A stretch of 63,088 nt of DNA, filler included, from Reclinomonas americana ATCC 50394 (Eukaryota), in the NCBI GenBank assembly GCA_048213135.1. It is 6 parts of 3 records of this genome, joined end to end, with 100 filler letters (N's around TTAATTAATTAA, not from the genome) between each part and the next. Parts side by side here need not be neighbours in the genome. Positions count along the whole stretch, not along the records: positions 30,997 to 50,648 come from PS015190.1; 5 more parts are not named here. One strand, written 5' to 3'. This document shows, in pieces, positions 36,861-50,748 of this stretch. Position numbers and translations under genes: made by a program. The notes below the pieces were generated by a model. It worked only from the letters and a program-made list of their open reading frames with translations, had not been told where the DNA came from and searched no databases. Each line of letters begins with the position of its first letter. Positions within the stretch are counted from its first letter, which is position 1.

Positions 36861-39800
36861 TTAAGAGAAGTGATTGTCGGCGGCGGCGGTGGCGTCGTCG
36901 GTCGGAAGGCGTCCGACAAGCAGGTAGCCAGAGGCCTGGCCCTTGCCCTTCAAGTCCACTTGTCGCTCGTCGAATCGGTACCGCTGTCGCGGATTTACCA
37001 GGTCGAATGTCGCTTGACTGATGTGCACATACATCGGTTCGCCACTGGATTCCATGCGGGAGGCCACATTGACCGTGTCTGTGTAAGAGAGATTGCGTAC
37101 GTGTGTGAGATGAGATGCATCGGCAAGCGTGCTTTCGGCATCCCCCAGAAAACGCACCACCCCACATGTCCCACTGGAAGCGCTTGCGACCAATTACACC
37201 AGCTGTTACAGGACCCGAGTGAATTCCGACTCGGATCTGCGCGCAAGTCCATACCCCCACAGATCAGTGCCTCTCGCACCCACAGAGATCATTCACGGAC
37301 GCGCTCACCTGCAGATTCATCGAGGCGGCGATTTCGATAAAATACAGTGCCGCCTCAATTAGATTTTGGGCGGCCAACGCCGCGGCGGCTGTGTCGGTGG
37401 CGTCCAAGCCACTGCACGCCATGTAGGCGTCGCCCACTGTTTTGATTTTGATTACGTTGTGCTCGTCGGAGACCTCGTCAAAGAGGGTGAACAGCGTGTC
37501 CAGCAGCTCCACCAGCTCAATCGAGGAGATGTCGGAGGACAACTCGGTGAATCCTGCACGCATCAAGAATTCAGTGACCTCATGCAACATTGCTGTGCGC
37601 GGCAATCACAATAGAATGTCGAACTCACCGACAATATCCAGGAATCTGTGTTGGTGGGGTGGTGCAAAAAGTGAGAAAACCGCACAAATCGTGTTGCCAT
37701 CTTGTGACGGGGCACGCAACAGAATGGATGCCCGCTCGTACAGTTCCGCAATGGGCCGATCGTTGTTCTGCAGCCGAGAGGCGATACGGCTCGGCAGAAT
37801 GTTCAACAGCAGGTCGTGGGACTTTTTCTTTTGCTCTTCGAGTTGCTGTTGTCGTTTCTGTTCGTTGCTCAGGTCGCGGAAGAAGCACGTGAAGATCGGC
37901 AGCGAGCCAATGTATCCAAAGTGGAAGGACACCTGCGTACCCAAATACGACGTATATCATCAGGAAACCGGGTGCACTGCTGCGCGCGCACACACACAGC
38001 AGCAACTGACCCAGACGGGGAACAAGCTGGACTTTGAGCGCACACGCTGTGCCTCGCCTTCGTCGTCCATCAACATTTCGGTGTCGGCCATCAAGTCGTC
38101 GTCGCCGATTGGCGTTTCGTGCTCGCCGTTGAACGAGTCCCATCGAGCGCATTTCATCTGTGCAGCAAATCGTTGTGCGAAGCTGATCAGTACACAATGG
38201 CATGCGCGCTGCTGCTGGTCGTCAAGACTCAAACCTCTCTCTCAAACACACGCGACTGCTTGCGACTCTTGAGGAATTCCTGCACCTCCAGTCGAATCTC
38301 GTTCAGACTTCGCACGTCGAACACTTGTTTCATCTATGTGCACAAGTCAGCACACACAGACGTCTCGCAGCTTGGAAAAACAACAAAATAGATTGCATAT
38401 CACGCACCCCGTCTCCGAGCAGTCGCGTGGCCGGCAGGCCAATCATTTCCTCGGCCGACTTGTTGAGCTGTCTCACACACCCGTTCTGATCAAATTCCAT
38501 AAAGCCGTCGGCAGCCGTCTCGAGGACCTTTTGCATCTTTTGCTGCCTCTCCGCCACCAACTTTTGCAAATCCTGGCGGAAAGCATGGCTGCGGTCGGCC
38601 ACAAACGCATGAATGTCGGGGATGGAGTCGATGACAGATAGCGGCAGCATCAGCAGCATTTTCGTCGTCCGTTTGTGCTGCGGGCGCAGTCAGTAACGGC
38701 GCTCAGCAAAACGCGAACAAGACAAAGACAAGGTGGTACGTGCCTCCTCCGAAAGATCGTTGATGAGCGGCCGCATCAAAAGCAGGTAGAGTAGCGGGAA
38801 CACAATCAGGCACACCACCAGGAGCACGGCAGCAGAAGCCTCCAGCACCAGAATGATTGGACCGTAGACCTGCGCAGCAAGAAGAAGTGTGTACACGTAA
38901 GTCCCCGTCTCTCACTCACGCATAAGGTATGCTTACAAACCGATGCGAAGCGGTCAATCAGCGCATTGGTGTACACGATATACGGACCCATCAATGTTGA
39001 AACTGTGCGTGCCTGCCACGTTAGTGGCTGGGCTGTACACATCTCTTTAACGGAGTTCTGCTCACCAAATGAAGTCCACACATCCGAGGTAAGGAGTGAC
39101 GTTCCCCGCAATGTCGTCGTCGCCTGCATGCTGCTCAGGTAGGCAAACAACACGCGCACAACGCTGTCAAGCGAGTAGCAGGGTGGCGAAGTCCCCTCCG
39201 GACACCATCCATTGACCAGCACCTGCTCTGCCTATGTTGGCAAGCGACAACGAGAGAAAACACCAAAGGCAACTGCAAACGCACCTCATCCACACTGTCT
39301 ACTCTGTGCAGCAAGCCTGCGCCTCGACCCCCAAGAGCCGCTCCATATAACAAAAAGTCGAATGACGCGCGCGCACGCGCAAGCTGCTCAGCGACAAAGG
39401 TTCTGTGCACAACAAAGTTCTCGGAGATGAGCAACGTCTTTGACGACAAGCCGCACAACATGGTGCACACGCACGTAGCACTTGCTTCGTCCACCACAGT
39501 ACTGTAGGCACGTTGCAGGATGCCGTCTGCAGCAGCGTACAGGCGAGCATCAAAGTCCTGCGTTTGTACGTGAGCGACAACACAAAGACAAGCACACACA
39601 TTATCCCCTCCTTCCTGTGCAGCTTACCGCCAGTCTCGACGTCTCATCCGACAGGTTGTGGAACGTCTTGTGGTACACCAAGAGCATAACCACAAAGGAC
39701 ATACTGCCGAGCAGCAACACAAAGGCAGAGAATCCAAACACCAGCAGCAGCTTGCGGAAACTCGTCAATTGTCCTGCGTGTGGACGATGGTAAGCTGCCT

Positions 39801-42800
39801 GCTGCTCCACCAGAAGTGGCTCTCTCTCTCTCTCTCTCTCTTACCTGTGCGGAATTCCGATTCGTATTGAACCGAGTCCGACGAGTGAGACGAGTGCATG
39901 GCTCGACGTGCGCGAAGGCGCGTGTGCACTCGTCGCACGACAGTCTTGGGGATGCGGCTAAACAATGACGCCACACTGCGGATGGCAGAGGACTAGTGAG
40001 TCACCCCATTTCGATGTCCACGGTAGCTGAAAAGTCAGCAATCTTGGCGCAACTCTCCACGCTCCTTCATGGCGCTTCGGAACGACGGAATGGTGACAAA
40101 GATCAGGAACACGATCAGCAGCACGCATACGGCCGCCGCCAGAATGCCAGAAGTGAGGACAAGTCGATCGGTGTTTCGTGAGACAATCTGCGACGCATAT
40201 GAGCACCAACAGTGGAGAAGGCGAGGCGTGAGGATCAGAGAGATACGTAACATCTTTGAAGACATCGGTGGATGAACTGTATGCGGCCGTCACACGCTGC
40301 ACATTATCACGTTGGAAGCGCATCGCTGCATTGCAGCGCAGCGGAGACTCGGTGGAGCCGGTGGCAAGACACTGCACCCGTGGTGAGGCACAATCACGGG
40401 AATTAAAGCACGCTGAGGGTACTCAACTGACAAGATGTACTTGGTCGACATGTCAATCTCGTGGACCATGTCGGCCAGCGTGCGGGTGATGCTCACCGCA
40501 GTGGTGGTGCCTGGAAGTCCTGTGGGGAACCACAGATCCACTGGCATGCGAAGTTGTTGTCGCATCTCAACTTCGGGCGCCACCAGGTGGAATTGCGCGA
40601 GGATTGACACCAACTACAAGCGTGCAGTGAGCATCTCGACAAGTTGCTGCATGCATGCACACGCTTGGCTGTAAGCGCACCTGTGTCCCGACACCATTCA
40701 GGAAGAGGACCAACGGAGATGTGGTCGCCAGTGGGGTTAATATGTCACTCCGTGCCGCTGCCGCCGAGGCCACCACCACATAGTCGACAGCCCATGCTGT
40801 ACAGGGGAATGAGCAAACTCACATGCGGCAACAAGGGGAAAGAAGGATGGAGTGATGCCACAAACTCACCAAAGCGACTCGTCAGTGCGTAGCTGTACAA
40901 CCAGAGAATGTACGAGTACAGACTGGCACCCCTGTTAACGTCGACCGAGGCATTGGGATCAAACTGCGGCTGAATCGACAGCACGGCCACCACAAACAGC
41001 GACACTAGCATTGCGACGAAAACCAACACGATGCCGAGCTGCGTCAATGCGTGCACCAGTGTTACACACACGATTGTTGCGCTCGACACAGACACCTCCT
41101 TACCGACTGCATCTTGAGTCGTAGAATGGCGGCCGATTCGCGCGACTGTAGGCGACTGCGCAGCAGCTCCAGCTGCATGCGTTCGCGCTGTGTAGCCAGC
41201 GTGTTTTGTCCTTCGACCACCTTGTTGCGATTCCTTGCCCGTGCAGTCTGTGTGCTTGTTAGGAGAGAAGAAATGACACCACTGGTTTCATCACAAGACG
41301 CGCGCACGCAACTCTGAGGTCCGGTGCGGCAGGATCCAGTGCGTCGAGCTCCCCGTCGAAGCGCAGCATGGCACTTCGTGGACGAGACTGCCGGTCGTTG
41401 GTTGTGGTGCCGGTGTTGGCTGGTGACAGGCCGTGGCCGATGGGTACCAGAGGCGACACTGGCGACGCCAGGTCTCCCAATCCCACACCTCCATGGCCTC
41501 GTCCACCCCCTTCTTCTCTGCCTTCCCTTCCGTTCATGCTCAAGTCGTCGCCAACCAAGGCGCTCGACTGAATACGATCGAGAGACACCGATGAATGAGG
41601 TGACATGGCATCGATGGCCTCGGCGGCCTCGGCGGCGGCTGCTGCAACGCCAACGCCAGGCACCATTTCAGCACGTGCACTGAGCGCCACCGCGTCGGCA
41701 CCTGACATGCTGCCGGCACCTAGTGCGAGTGGCTGCATGGCAAACGAGTGCGCTTCGATGCTGTCATCGCGCGAGGCATCCATGGAGAGCGCCTCGGCAC
41801 GTGAACCCGTGTGTCCAGGTCGCATGCCACGCTTGCCACGCCGTGCGGTCCACCACAGCGATGCTCGGCGAACGGCGGCCTGTGCTTGACTGCCACCGGC
41901 ACCTGCGGCGGCCACACTGCGCACGGGCTGCGTGTCGCTCGACTGGCTGTCGCCACCTGCGTCGGATCCAACAGTGGCCAGCGAAGGCAGATGTGCCGGC
42001 GAGGTGAGTCGATGTTCCGGACTGAGCACACCGTTGGGTGCTGCCAGCAGTGGCGTCGACACGCGCACTTGCTCACGGCGGGGATTCGACCGGAAGCCCA
42101 AATTGTCATCGTCGTCTGCGTTGTCGACTGCGTCTGACCCACCAATGCCACCGCGACTGCCATAATCGCAGTCGCCGTCAGAACCCTCGTCGTCGTCGTC
42201 GTCGTGGCGCCCAGAAGCGTCGCCACTCTGATTGAGCATGTTGGGCAACCGCTGAATGTGATGCGACAGCCATTGCGTGTCGTCCATGTCGTGAGCGTCC
42301 GTGATTGCATTGCCACCATTCAGCGATGACGGCGGCGGTGGACGCCACATTGCGTCTTCCGTGAGCGGTCTGCGTTCCCGCACTGGCGGCAGCCACCGCT
42401 CCGTTGCCGACGTCCGGCGCTCATGCGCTCCTTCACCGCTGCTGTCCGCACGAATGGGGGACAGCTGAAGAGCTCGCGCCACGCCGTCGTCGGCGCTCGA
42501 TGCCGCAGCACCAACGGCAGCGGCACCCACTGGAGGTAGGCGCGCACTGCCGAGGCGAAGTGGGAGTTGAATGCCCAACGAGCTTGACACTCCACGCATC
42601 ATTGGAGGCCGCACTGGCTGCGACTGCGAGGAGACCAGGTGCTGTGGCAAGCCAGCAACGTGTGGACGCCGGTGTTCAGAGGCCAGCCGTTCCGGTCGGG
42701 CTGCCACTCCGGAGCCCCAACCACTGCCGCCCTCGTCGCCGTCGACATCGTCAACGTCGTCATCGTCATCAGCATTGCTGTTGCCGTCGTCGCTGGTGCT

Positions 42801-45506
42801 AGCAAAGTCGGCCGCACCCGGTGGCTCCTCCGTGTCCACGAATGTTCTGATGACGAGAGTGGTGAGCCAGGCGTCAACAACCGAAGAACAACAAGCGAGA
42901 GAGGACAAAGCAAGCACACGCAACTCGTCCGCACGACGTCGATCGCGGAAGCGCTGAGCGCGCACCTCCACGGCGGCGTCGTCTTCTACGTCGTCGGCGC
43001 GCTGCATCAGAAGCTTCGAGAAAAGTGGACTGTAGGAGGAGTGAGAATGGTGAAGTGGGATCTCCAATGCACACACCACAGTTGAGCGCAACTCGTTGTC
43101 AATGTCGTCAATGTAGCGGGCGTAGGCTCTCAGCACTTGTGCAGAGCGCGGTGCGTCGGCCAACAGGCCGTCGAGCACGCCTCGCAGGCGCTCACTCTCG
43201 AATGCTGCGCAACAATAGTTAGCAACGGAGGAGGTCGATCGCGATACAGAAGAGGAGAGGAGACGCACAGATTTCCCAGGTGACGCGAGCCAAGTGGTTG
43301 TCGTCCAGAGTCGGCTTCATGAAGAGGTCCCAGAAGGAGAGCATGTGGCCCAGCAGTCGCTGATGCAGGTGCGTGGCGTATCGCACACGTCGGAACACAC
43401 TGCGACTTGTTCCGTCGCCCTCGTTCAGCATCTCCATGCGGACGTATCGGAAACACTGCACGAAGAAGCTGTAGTCGGGCTTCCAGGCCCACAGCGAGGT
43501 CTCGCCCAGCATCTGCATCGAATCAAAGCGGGTGGCGCGGGGTGGTCAGGAGTAGCGCCACAAGTATATATACGTAAGACGAGGGGACAACAGACCAGTG
43601 CGACTTTCGGCATCAACAAGGCGCGCATCTGCTTGTTCGCCGTCTCCTCCAAGTACTGCGCATTCATCAGGCGCAGTCGCGCAGAGCTGGGGAAGCGCAA
43701 GTGTGCGCTGGCAAACATCTCCAGCGCCATGTCAAAGTCGATGCTGGAGATGGAGAAGCGCAGCCAGATTTCGAGCTCGCCATCCGAGTCGGCCTCGTCG
43801 ACCAGTCGGTTGCAGAATTCCTCTTCCTGCTGCGCGGCTGCGTCCTCGCCCCATGCTTGCATCATTTCCTCGTCAGCATTGGCAGGGGCGGGTGCCACTC
43901 GACTCGAGATCTGCCATCACACAGTCAGCCGACAGTGACATTGACGACATGTACAAATGCTCCAGTTCGCAACCACACTCACCGCCGCCCGCGATCTCGA
44001 GGCCACCATCGCTAGCCGACGGACGACTTGGCGCTCACGAAGTTTGATCAGGCCGGCGGCGATCTGCACGCACAGAGGTCGTCAGTTGCAGTCGACAACA
44101 GTCCAATAAGAAAATCGCAAGCACACCATGATGGCGACAGCCACGCTTCCGGCGAGCGCATACGACGATCGGAACCATAGTGATATGCCGGACAAGGAGG
44201 TGAAGGAGCCAACCAAGCAGACCAGCATGTTGGAGGCGGAGAAGGCGAACGGAAGTGATCGATAACTGGAGACGATGCATGCGAATGAAGAACGTGCAAT
44301 TAAGTTAGATGGTCTGCACAGCGGACACTGTTCGCTACTCGACGCAACGTGTAGAAGGCTCCGAGGATGCCCACCGTCAACAGGCTGGCAATCTGCGTGT
44401 GGGAGGAGCAGGCGCGAGAAGATTCCGTGTCATCAATGGCATGCATCCAAAAGCAGTAGTATGTTCGCAAACTGCACTCTCACCGCTGGAGTCTCCATGT
44501 CGATCGGTGCCAGCTGCGTCGCCACCACAGCCAACTCTGCCAGTGCCAACCACAGCAGCACGCGGCTGTGTGTACACACGCCAAAGTAGGACTTGGGGAT
44601 CACACTTCGTCGTTGCATGAAGAGGGCGTACAACGGCACGGCCACCAATTGGAGTGGGAGCATGCCGAGGCAGAGCAAAGCGAGGCTGGCGTGCCACGTG
44701 GTGAATGTCGACAACCGATTGCAGACCTCAGTCAAGTACAACAGCAGGATAAGGCACAGGGGCCAGAACATGAACGCCAGAGGATGACACCAGGTCATGA
44801 AACGGAGCACAGTGGCGCTCTCCGATCGGCCGGCGCTGATGTGGTACTTGCGCACAGCCATAACCATGGAGATGGCGTAGAACAAGCCAATCAAACATAC
44901 GCCACTTGTTGCCACGAGGCAGCCAATCGATACGAAGTGATGCAGCCAGATCCAATTATTCAGCGGCATCACCCACCAGGCCGCAATGAGAAGCGATAGA
45001 CCGAGATGTAGCGCCACCGACGCCGACACCAACCACTGCGGCCGCAGAGCATGTGTCTCCCTGTCCACACAAAGACGAAGACGACGGAGTGGGGTGAGTC
45101 CAAGGACGTACCGTCAACCAGATGCTATTCGTGCGCACCTCACTAACACCCACAAGAACTGCCGCGCGGAGTTCAGCACGGTGTGTGCTGGCTCCGTGTC
45201 GATGGTGGCGGCCATGGTGGCTGCATTCATCGAGGTGCCAGTGCTGGAGGCACGCATGGATGACGCCTTGAAGCCGGAGGTGGCAATCGAGTTGCGATGG
45301 CTGCCGGGTGTCGCCGAGCGCGCCGGTGTCATGGTGTGTCGACCATGACCAGCGAGAGGACCGCCTTGCCGCGGAGTGGCTGCGCGCACACGCACACACA
45401 GAGACACACGTACACACAGGAGAACGCATCATGAGTTGTCACGCGACAATGTTGGGCTGATTCAGGGCTGATGCAAAGAAAACGCACCTGCGGTGCCAAA
45501 CGGCAT
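36861..45506 (-). CDS. Large multi-pass membrane class III nucleotide cyclase (TmcB-like N-terminal membrane/TPR region, PAS domain, probable adenylate cyclase)
   Basis: Catalytic domain [123 protein letters not shown] helix; many TM segments. Putative ATG at 45506. Confidence 0.88.
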
Positions 45507-45725
45507 GTTTGCGTGTGGTTGTCTACCCACTGCTACTCACGTGGCCGCCACACGCACACAGAGAGAACAAACAACGCGACAGCAGACGAACTCTCGTGGC
45601 GACTTGCTTCCTTTTCTCGCGGAAAGATAAAATTCTGAGAAAGGAAAACTGACCGTTGAGCAGCGAATGCGTCCCGACCCGCATTTACCCTTTTTGATGC
45701 CCAGCAATCAACAACCGTTCACTAC

Positions 45726-47277
45726 TCAACTGTTGATCCACGCGGGCTTGCGATGCATCGCCCGCACAGCGGCGGTACTGGGGGTGACGGAAGCAATATA
45801 GACGACTGCTGGTGTGTTCGAGTGTTTCGGTGTTTTCCCAAAGCATTCCCGTATCTCGTGCGACCGTCCACGCACATCGATGGCGACGGCGTCGTGACAC
45901 GACGTCATGCACCACTCGTCGACCCGCAAGAGAATGGAGCATGAAAGATTCGCGCCATCTTCCCAGCATAACGGTCACACGCCGCTTGCGTCGCGACCGC
46001 GGATCTCCCCCACACGATCGACTACCGTCGCACCCGCCGCCTGCAGCAGAGGCCGACTCCACTGCGCCCCGAGAACGCGCTGTATGTGTGGACCAGTAAT
46101 CGCCGCTTCCGTCGCAGCGTGCCCAAGAACAAGCCTATAGGTAATCACATCGAAATCAAAATCAACGTTCTCACGCCGCAAAGTTTGATTGTGTTCGAGC
46201 ACGCAACAGCGTGTCGAGATGCGACAGAGATGCAGCTGGCTCGGCAATGCGCGCGGCCACGTGTGCACCGACTGGCCATCGATCTCCGCTGCTGCCGGCA
46301 TGCGTCTCGAGTTTGCCGCGCACACTCAGCCAGGCCAGGGTGGCGGCGAGAACGGCCCACTTGTCTGGCGCCGCATGCCACGGCGTGCGCAGCACAAACA
46401 CCAAGAATGCGGCCTTGGTAAACACTCCTCCTCTCGCCGAATGCGCCAGGCGTGAGCCTGCGAACAGCGCCAGTTTCTCCTTGAACATGGCGACAACGTG
46501 ACGCGCTCGTTCCACCGTGTGCAAGTCGCGCCACAGTGGGCACGCCAGCAGGAGACGCCCGAGTGCCGCACCACGCGCACTGAGCTGCAGGAAGACGCCA
46601 TACTCGCGCGCAAGCTGCTCATCGCCATCGTCCAGCGCGCATCGATGGAACGAAGCTCGACGATCGCCATCGCCCACCACGTGCAACAGCTCGTCAAACG
46701 CGCGCAGGCACACCAAACGAGCTCGCCAGGCCATCAGCGACACTCCTACTCGCTGCTCCAGCACTCGGCGTCGCTGCACCGCACACAAATGCGTTCGCAG
46801 ACGACGACGCACCAGTCGTCGACACACGCGCAGTCTCAACACCGACGAAGACGAAGAGGAGGAGGAGGTAGCGCGAGGAATCGCTGCCTCTCCTCCTGTC
46901 CACAGGGCGCGGAGAGCGTGCGGCACTCGACTCCTGTCTCCGTCCCCATCAATGTCGCGACTGCTGACAGAGGATGATGCATGTGGAAAGGCGGTGCGGA
47001 GACGCGCATCGCATTCGCGCGCGACGTGCGACCACATGCGCTGTTCCAGCTCGGAGGGCACATGCAGGCTGTGCATGTGCATGCGATGAGAGGAAGAATG
47101 GTGGTCATAATCATCCGAGGGAGAGTACCTGGTGCGTGTGCTCGCCAGCGTCTCCAGCGCACTGTCCACGGCATTGAAGATCCTACAGGTGTGAGTGAGC
47201 GACGGAGCTGACAAGTGCACTCGGCGAGTGTGTGTGTGTGTGTGCGTGTGCGCACTGTGTTGCTTCCGCAGCCGCAT
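45726..47277 (-). CDS. Uncharacterised spliced protein; boundaries uncertain
   Basis: Long open frame 46171-47277 with a plausible first intron and further short exons; no family recognised. Confidence 0.4.
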
Positions 47278-47334
47278 CGGCGTTCATTGTTTTCGACAAC
47301 TCATCAACGAAAGGACAGGGACCAGCAGGATTCG

Positions 47335-49473
47335 TCACTGCACCGTAATGGCATCTGCTGCTGCCGCGCCTCCGACTGCACGAGCAGCGGCCACTGCCTG
47401 GGGCGCCTTCACCTTTTTGAGGCGCACGATTTCCTCGAAAATGACAGAGAAGACGAGCTTGAAGTGCTGCAGACAGTGCAGGCGCGCGCGCTCGGCCGAC
47501 GGCAGCGTCACAGCGGCGGCGGAGAGCTCGTCCACCTCATTCACGACCCTCATGCAGGCAATGTAGTTGAGTTCGCTGTTGAGCGACACGAGCACGTCGA
47601 CTTCGGGTGGCACGGCCGAGTCGACATAGTACTCTGCAGGCGGAATGCGTGTCATTGCAAGCGCTAGCTGTGGCCAGTGGCGGGTCGGCGGTGATGGCGT
47701 GCGCGACGCAACGACGTGTGCTCACGCGGCTAAGCGCATGATTGCACATTAGCAGACGACGAATGCTGTCCCAGCCCACCGGGCCCATGTCATTCACTGC
47801 CGACATAGGAGATGAGCACACAGCACATGTCACCCACGTGGTAGACTCGTCCGCAACACTCAATGTCGAGCTCCACCACCGACATGTTGTCCTCGAGTGC
47901 CGAGAACAGATCCACGATGCCCTCGTCATCGATCTTGTTGGCTGTGAGATGGACAACATGAGCCACGTCCTTCCTCGCTCTGCTGCGGAGCGAAGGAAAC
48001 GCAACACTTGAGCGACAACTTGGTAATCTGGTCCTTCTCGCGGAAGAACTGAGCGAATTCCTTGGCACCCGGCGTGCCAATCTCGTTCGACGTCATATAC
48101 AGCTTCCGCAGCGACACATTCTGCTCTCGCAACGCGCTCACAATCGCCCGTGCACCGTCGTAACCAATGCGGTTGCTGTCGAGAGCCACCCGACGAATCG
48201 TCGAATTCTGAGCAGGATGAGAATGCGCGTTGGCCCTATGCAACATAATTGTACTTGTCAACACCAGCACACCTCTCGCAGCAGCTGTCCCAGTGCAATG
48301 CCGCCGTTGACTCGCAGACCATTGCCACTCACGTCCAGCGATCGCACGGTGCGATTGTGAGCCAGGCCCTGCGGCGTGCGGTGTGACTACAACACAGACA
48401 TGTACAGCACCTCGAAAGCGATTACACACCACGCACACGGCTCGCACACCCACGTCCTTCAAGGCGCACCCATTAATGTGAAGCGAGGTGAGCTTCAGCT
48501 GCGGCGAGGCGAGTGCCGGACCAACGTGTGCCACCACACCCTCGTGGCCCAACTCCATGTCTGACAATCGCACAAGGATGAGCAGCCGCAGGTCAACAAC
48601 AAAAAAGACAGAGAGTGCATGCACCGGTGACCACGAGCGTCTCGAGTGTGTCATTTGACGCCAGACACATTGCCAGAGCGCGGCAGGCAGCCATAGGATC
48701 CTGGCACTTGCTGGCCGACAGGTTGAGCGACTTGAGCGTGTGATTCGTCGCCAACCATCGACACAGTGCCTCGATACCGGGAGCGCGACATGGGGCGACT
48801 GTATCGACTTGCATCAGCGCTGTGGAGGGAAGAAAGAAAGAAAGAGAGAGGAAAAGGCGTACACTGCAGATCCAGAGTCTCCAGCGCGCCGGCGTGTGCA
48901 AGTCCGTTCTCCACAAGCACATCCAGCAGGCGGCCAAATACCTTGTTACCTGAAGCACATTCAACGAGAGGAGTCAAGCCATGCTGTACTTGCAATGTGC
49001 GCTCTCTCCGGAGCTCTCACCGTTCAGTCGGAGCCAGCGCAGAGTCGGAACAGATCGCAGCACGGCGCACAGTTGGTGCACCGATTCCTCATCGAATGTG
49101 TTGGCTGTTGGCTTTGCGTGAGCACCAGACAGCGACAGGAGCAAGAGGCAGAGAAGGATGGGGGCGGACCTGCCACATTGAGTTCCTCCAGCGTGGGATG
49201 GTTCTCGAGAGCCGCAAAGATCAGTCGCGCAGTCGACGGCTGCAAATGAGTGTCTGTCACGATACGACGAGTCAGTGAGGATCGAGTGAGTGAGGGCGCT
49301 CGAGTGAAGCAACACTCAACAAGTCAAGTCGATGCGACGCAGTTGAGTGGGTCGAGTGGCCAGAGCCTCGGCCAGAGGCCGCGCCAGTGGTTCATACAAT
49401 GGTTGACCTGACGCAATCCAACAATGAGAAATGACTGATGAATGCACGCGCACGACAGCTCCTTCTCTCTTCT

Positions 49474-49523
<50 letters not shown>

Positions 49524-49712
49524 CGTGACGCAACGAGCCAGAATCAAGTTGGTGACTGCATCGCCATCGGTCACGCGCAGACGCGCAAAGAGCGCCTCGA
49601 AATCTTTGGGCGAGAACGCGCCCAACTCGGCCAACACCGTGTTCCGCTTGGGCCACACTGAGTCATCGTACACGCGCTCTTGTGCACCCTCACCGCCCTC
49701 TTCCTCTGCCAT
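47335..49712 (-). CDS. Ribonuclease-inhibitor-type leucine-rich repeat protein
   Basis: Repeats such as HPTLEELNV, HTLKSLNLS, VALDSNRIGYDGARAIVSAL, SLRKLYMTSNEIGTPGAKEFAQFF and LSLKSNKIDDEGIVDL. ATG at 49712. Confidence 0.88.
49477..49519 (+). repeat. (CT)n microsatellite in LRR gene intron 1
   Basis: Uninterrupted CT run. Confidence 0.93.
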
Positions 49713-49779
49713 GTGAATGAAGAAGAAGAAGGTGGTATTTTTACTCCCCGAGACAACTCCCGCTCTTGTAACGGCTTCG

Positions 49780-50648
49780 TTAATCATGTGCTGCGGGATC
49801 GAGCAGCTCGAGCCACTCGGCCTCGTGCTCGTCGGGTGCATCGATCTCTGCGTCGGCCACCGCACATGCAATGTGCCAGGCGGTCGCACCGTGGGTGTTG
49901 GGTCGCGACAAATCCGCTCCGAACTCGTCAATCAGAACCCGCGCACACGCAATGTCGCGCAGACCGAGCAGTGCGGCCACGTGCAGTGGCGTGTGACCGG
50001 ACACGTCGGCTGCCTGCTTGGTTCGATTGTAAGGGTGAGTATGCAGCTTGCACAATGCCTATAGCTGGCAGAGCAACGAACGCAACATTGGGATCGGCAC
50101 CGGCGCGCAGCAAGAGCCGCAACAGCTCGGGCGACGCCAGTGGAATGGCAAAGTGCAGTGCGGTGTGTCCGTCCACGTCGGCGACATGCACGTCGGCACC
50201 GCGTTGCAGAAGCAGATTGGTCAGCTGGATGGTGGCGGACAGGTTTTGTGCATCGCTGCGATTGATACGACTCGCCGGCGACAGAGCATACAGCAACACC
50301 TGTCGAGAGGCGATGAGTAGGGTGGGGGAGGGGGGGTGCTGACAAATACATACACACACACCGATGCCGATCGCTTGTCAAGTTCGTGAATGCTGCTCGG
50401 GTCGTGATCGAGAAGCACGGTGACAATGTTGATGTGGCCGCCGAGCACGGCCAGATGCAGCGCCGATCGACCTGCATCGTCCACCACACGCCAGAGCGCC
50501 AGGCTGGAGGGTGCCTCCAAAAACAGCATCACCAGCGACAAGCTGCCGCGGAAGGCGGCATAATGCAGCGGCACAGCTTGCCGGTCGTCGACCGCATTCA
50601 CCTCGGCACCGGCGGTAATCAGTGCACGAGCCACATCGACGCGACCAC
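49780..50648 (-). CDS. Ankyrin-repeat protein, 3' part
   Basis: AGAEVNAVD...PLHYAAFRG, GRSALHLAVLGGH, GADVHVADVDGHTALHFA, GHTPLHVAALLG, GATAWHIAC. Confidence 0.92.
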
Positions 50649-50692
50649 NNNNNNNNNNNNNNNNNNNNNNNNNNNNNNNNNNNNNNNNNNNN

Positions 50693-50704
50693 TTAATTAA
50701 TTAA
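50693..50704. other. Artificial scaffold-concatenation linker
   Basis: TTAATTAATTAA within N runs. Confidence 0.97.
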
Positions 50705-50748
50705 NNNNNNNNNNNNNNNNNNNNNNNNNNNNNNNNNNNNNNNNNNNN

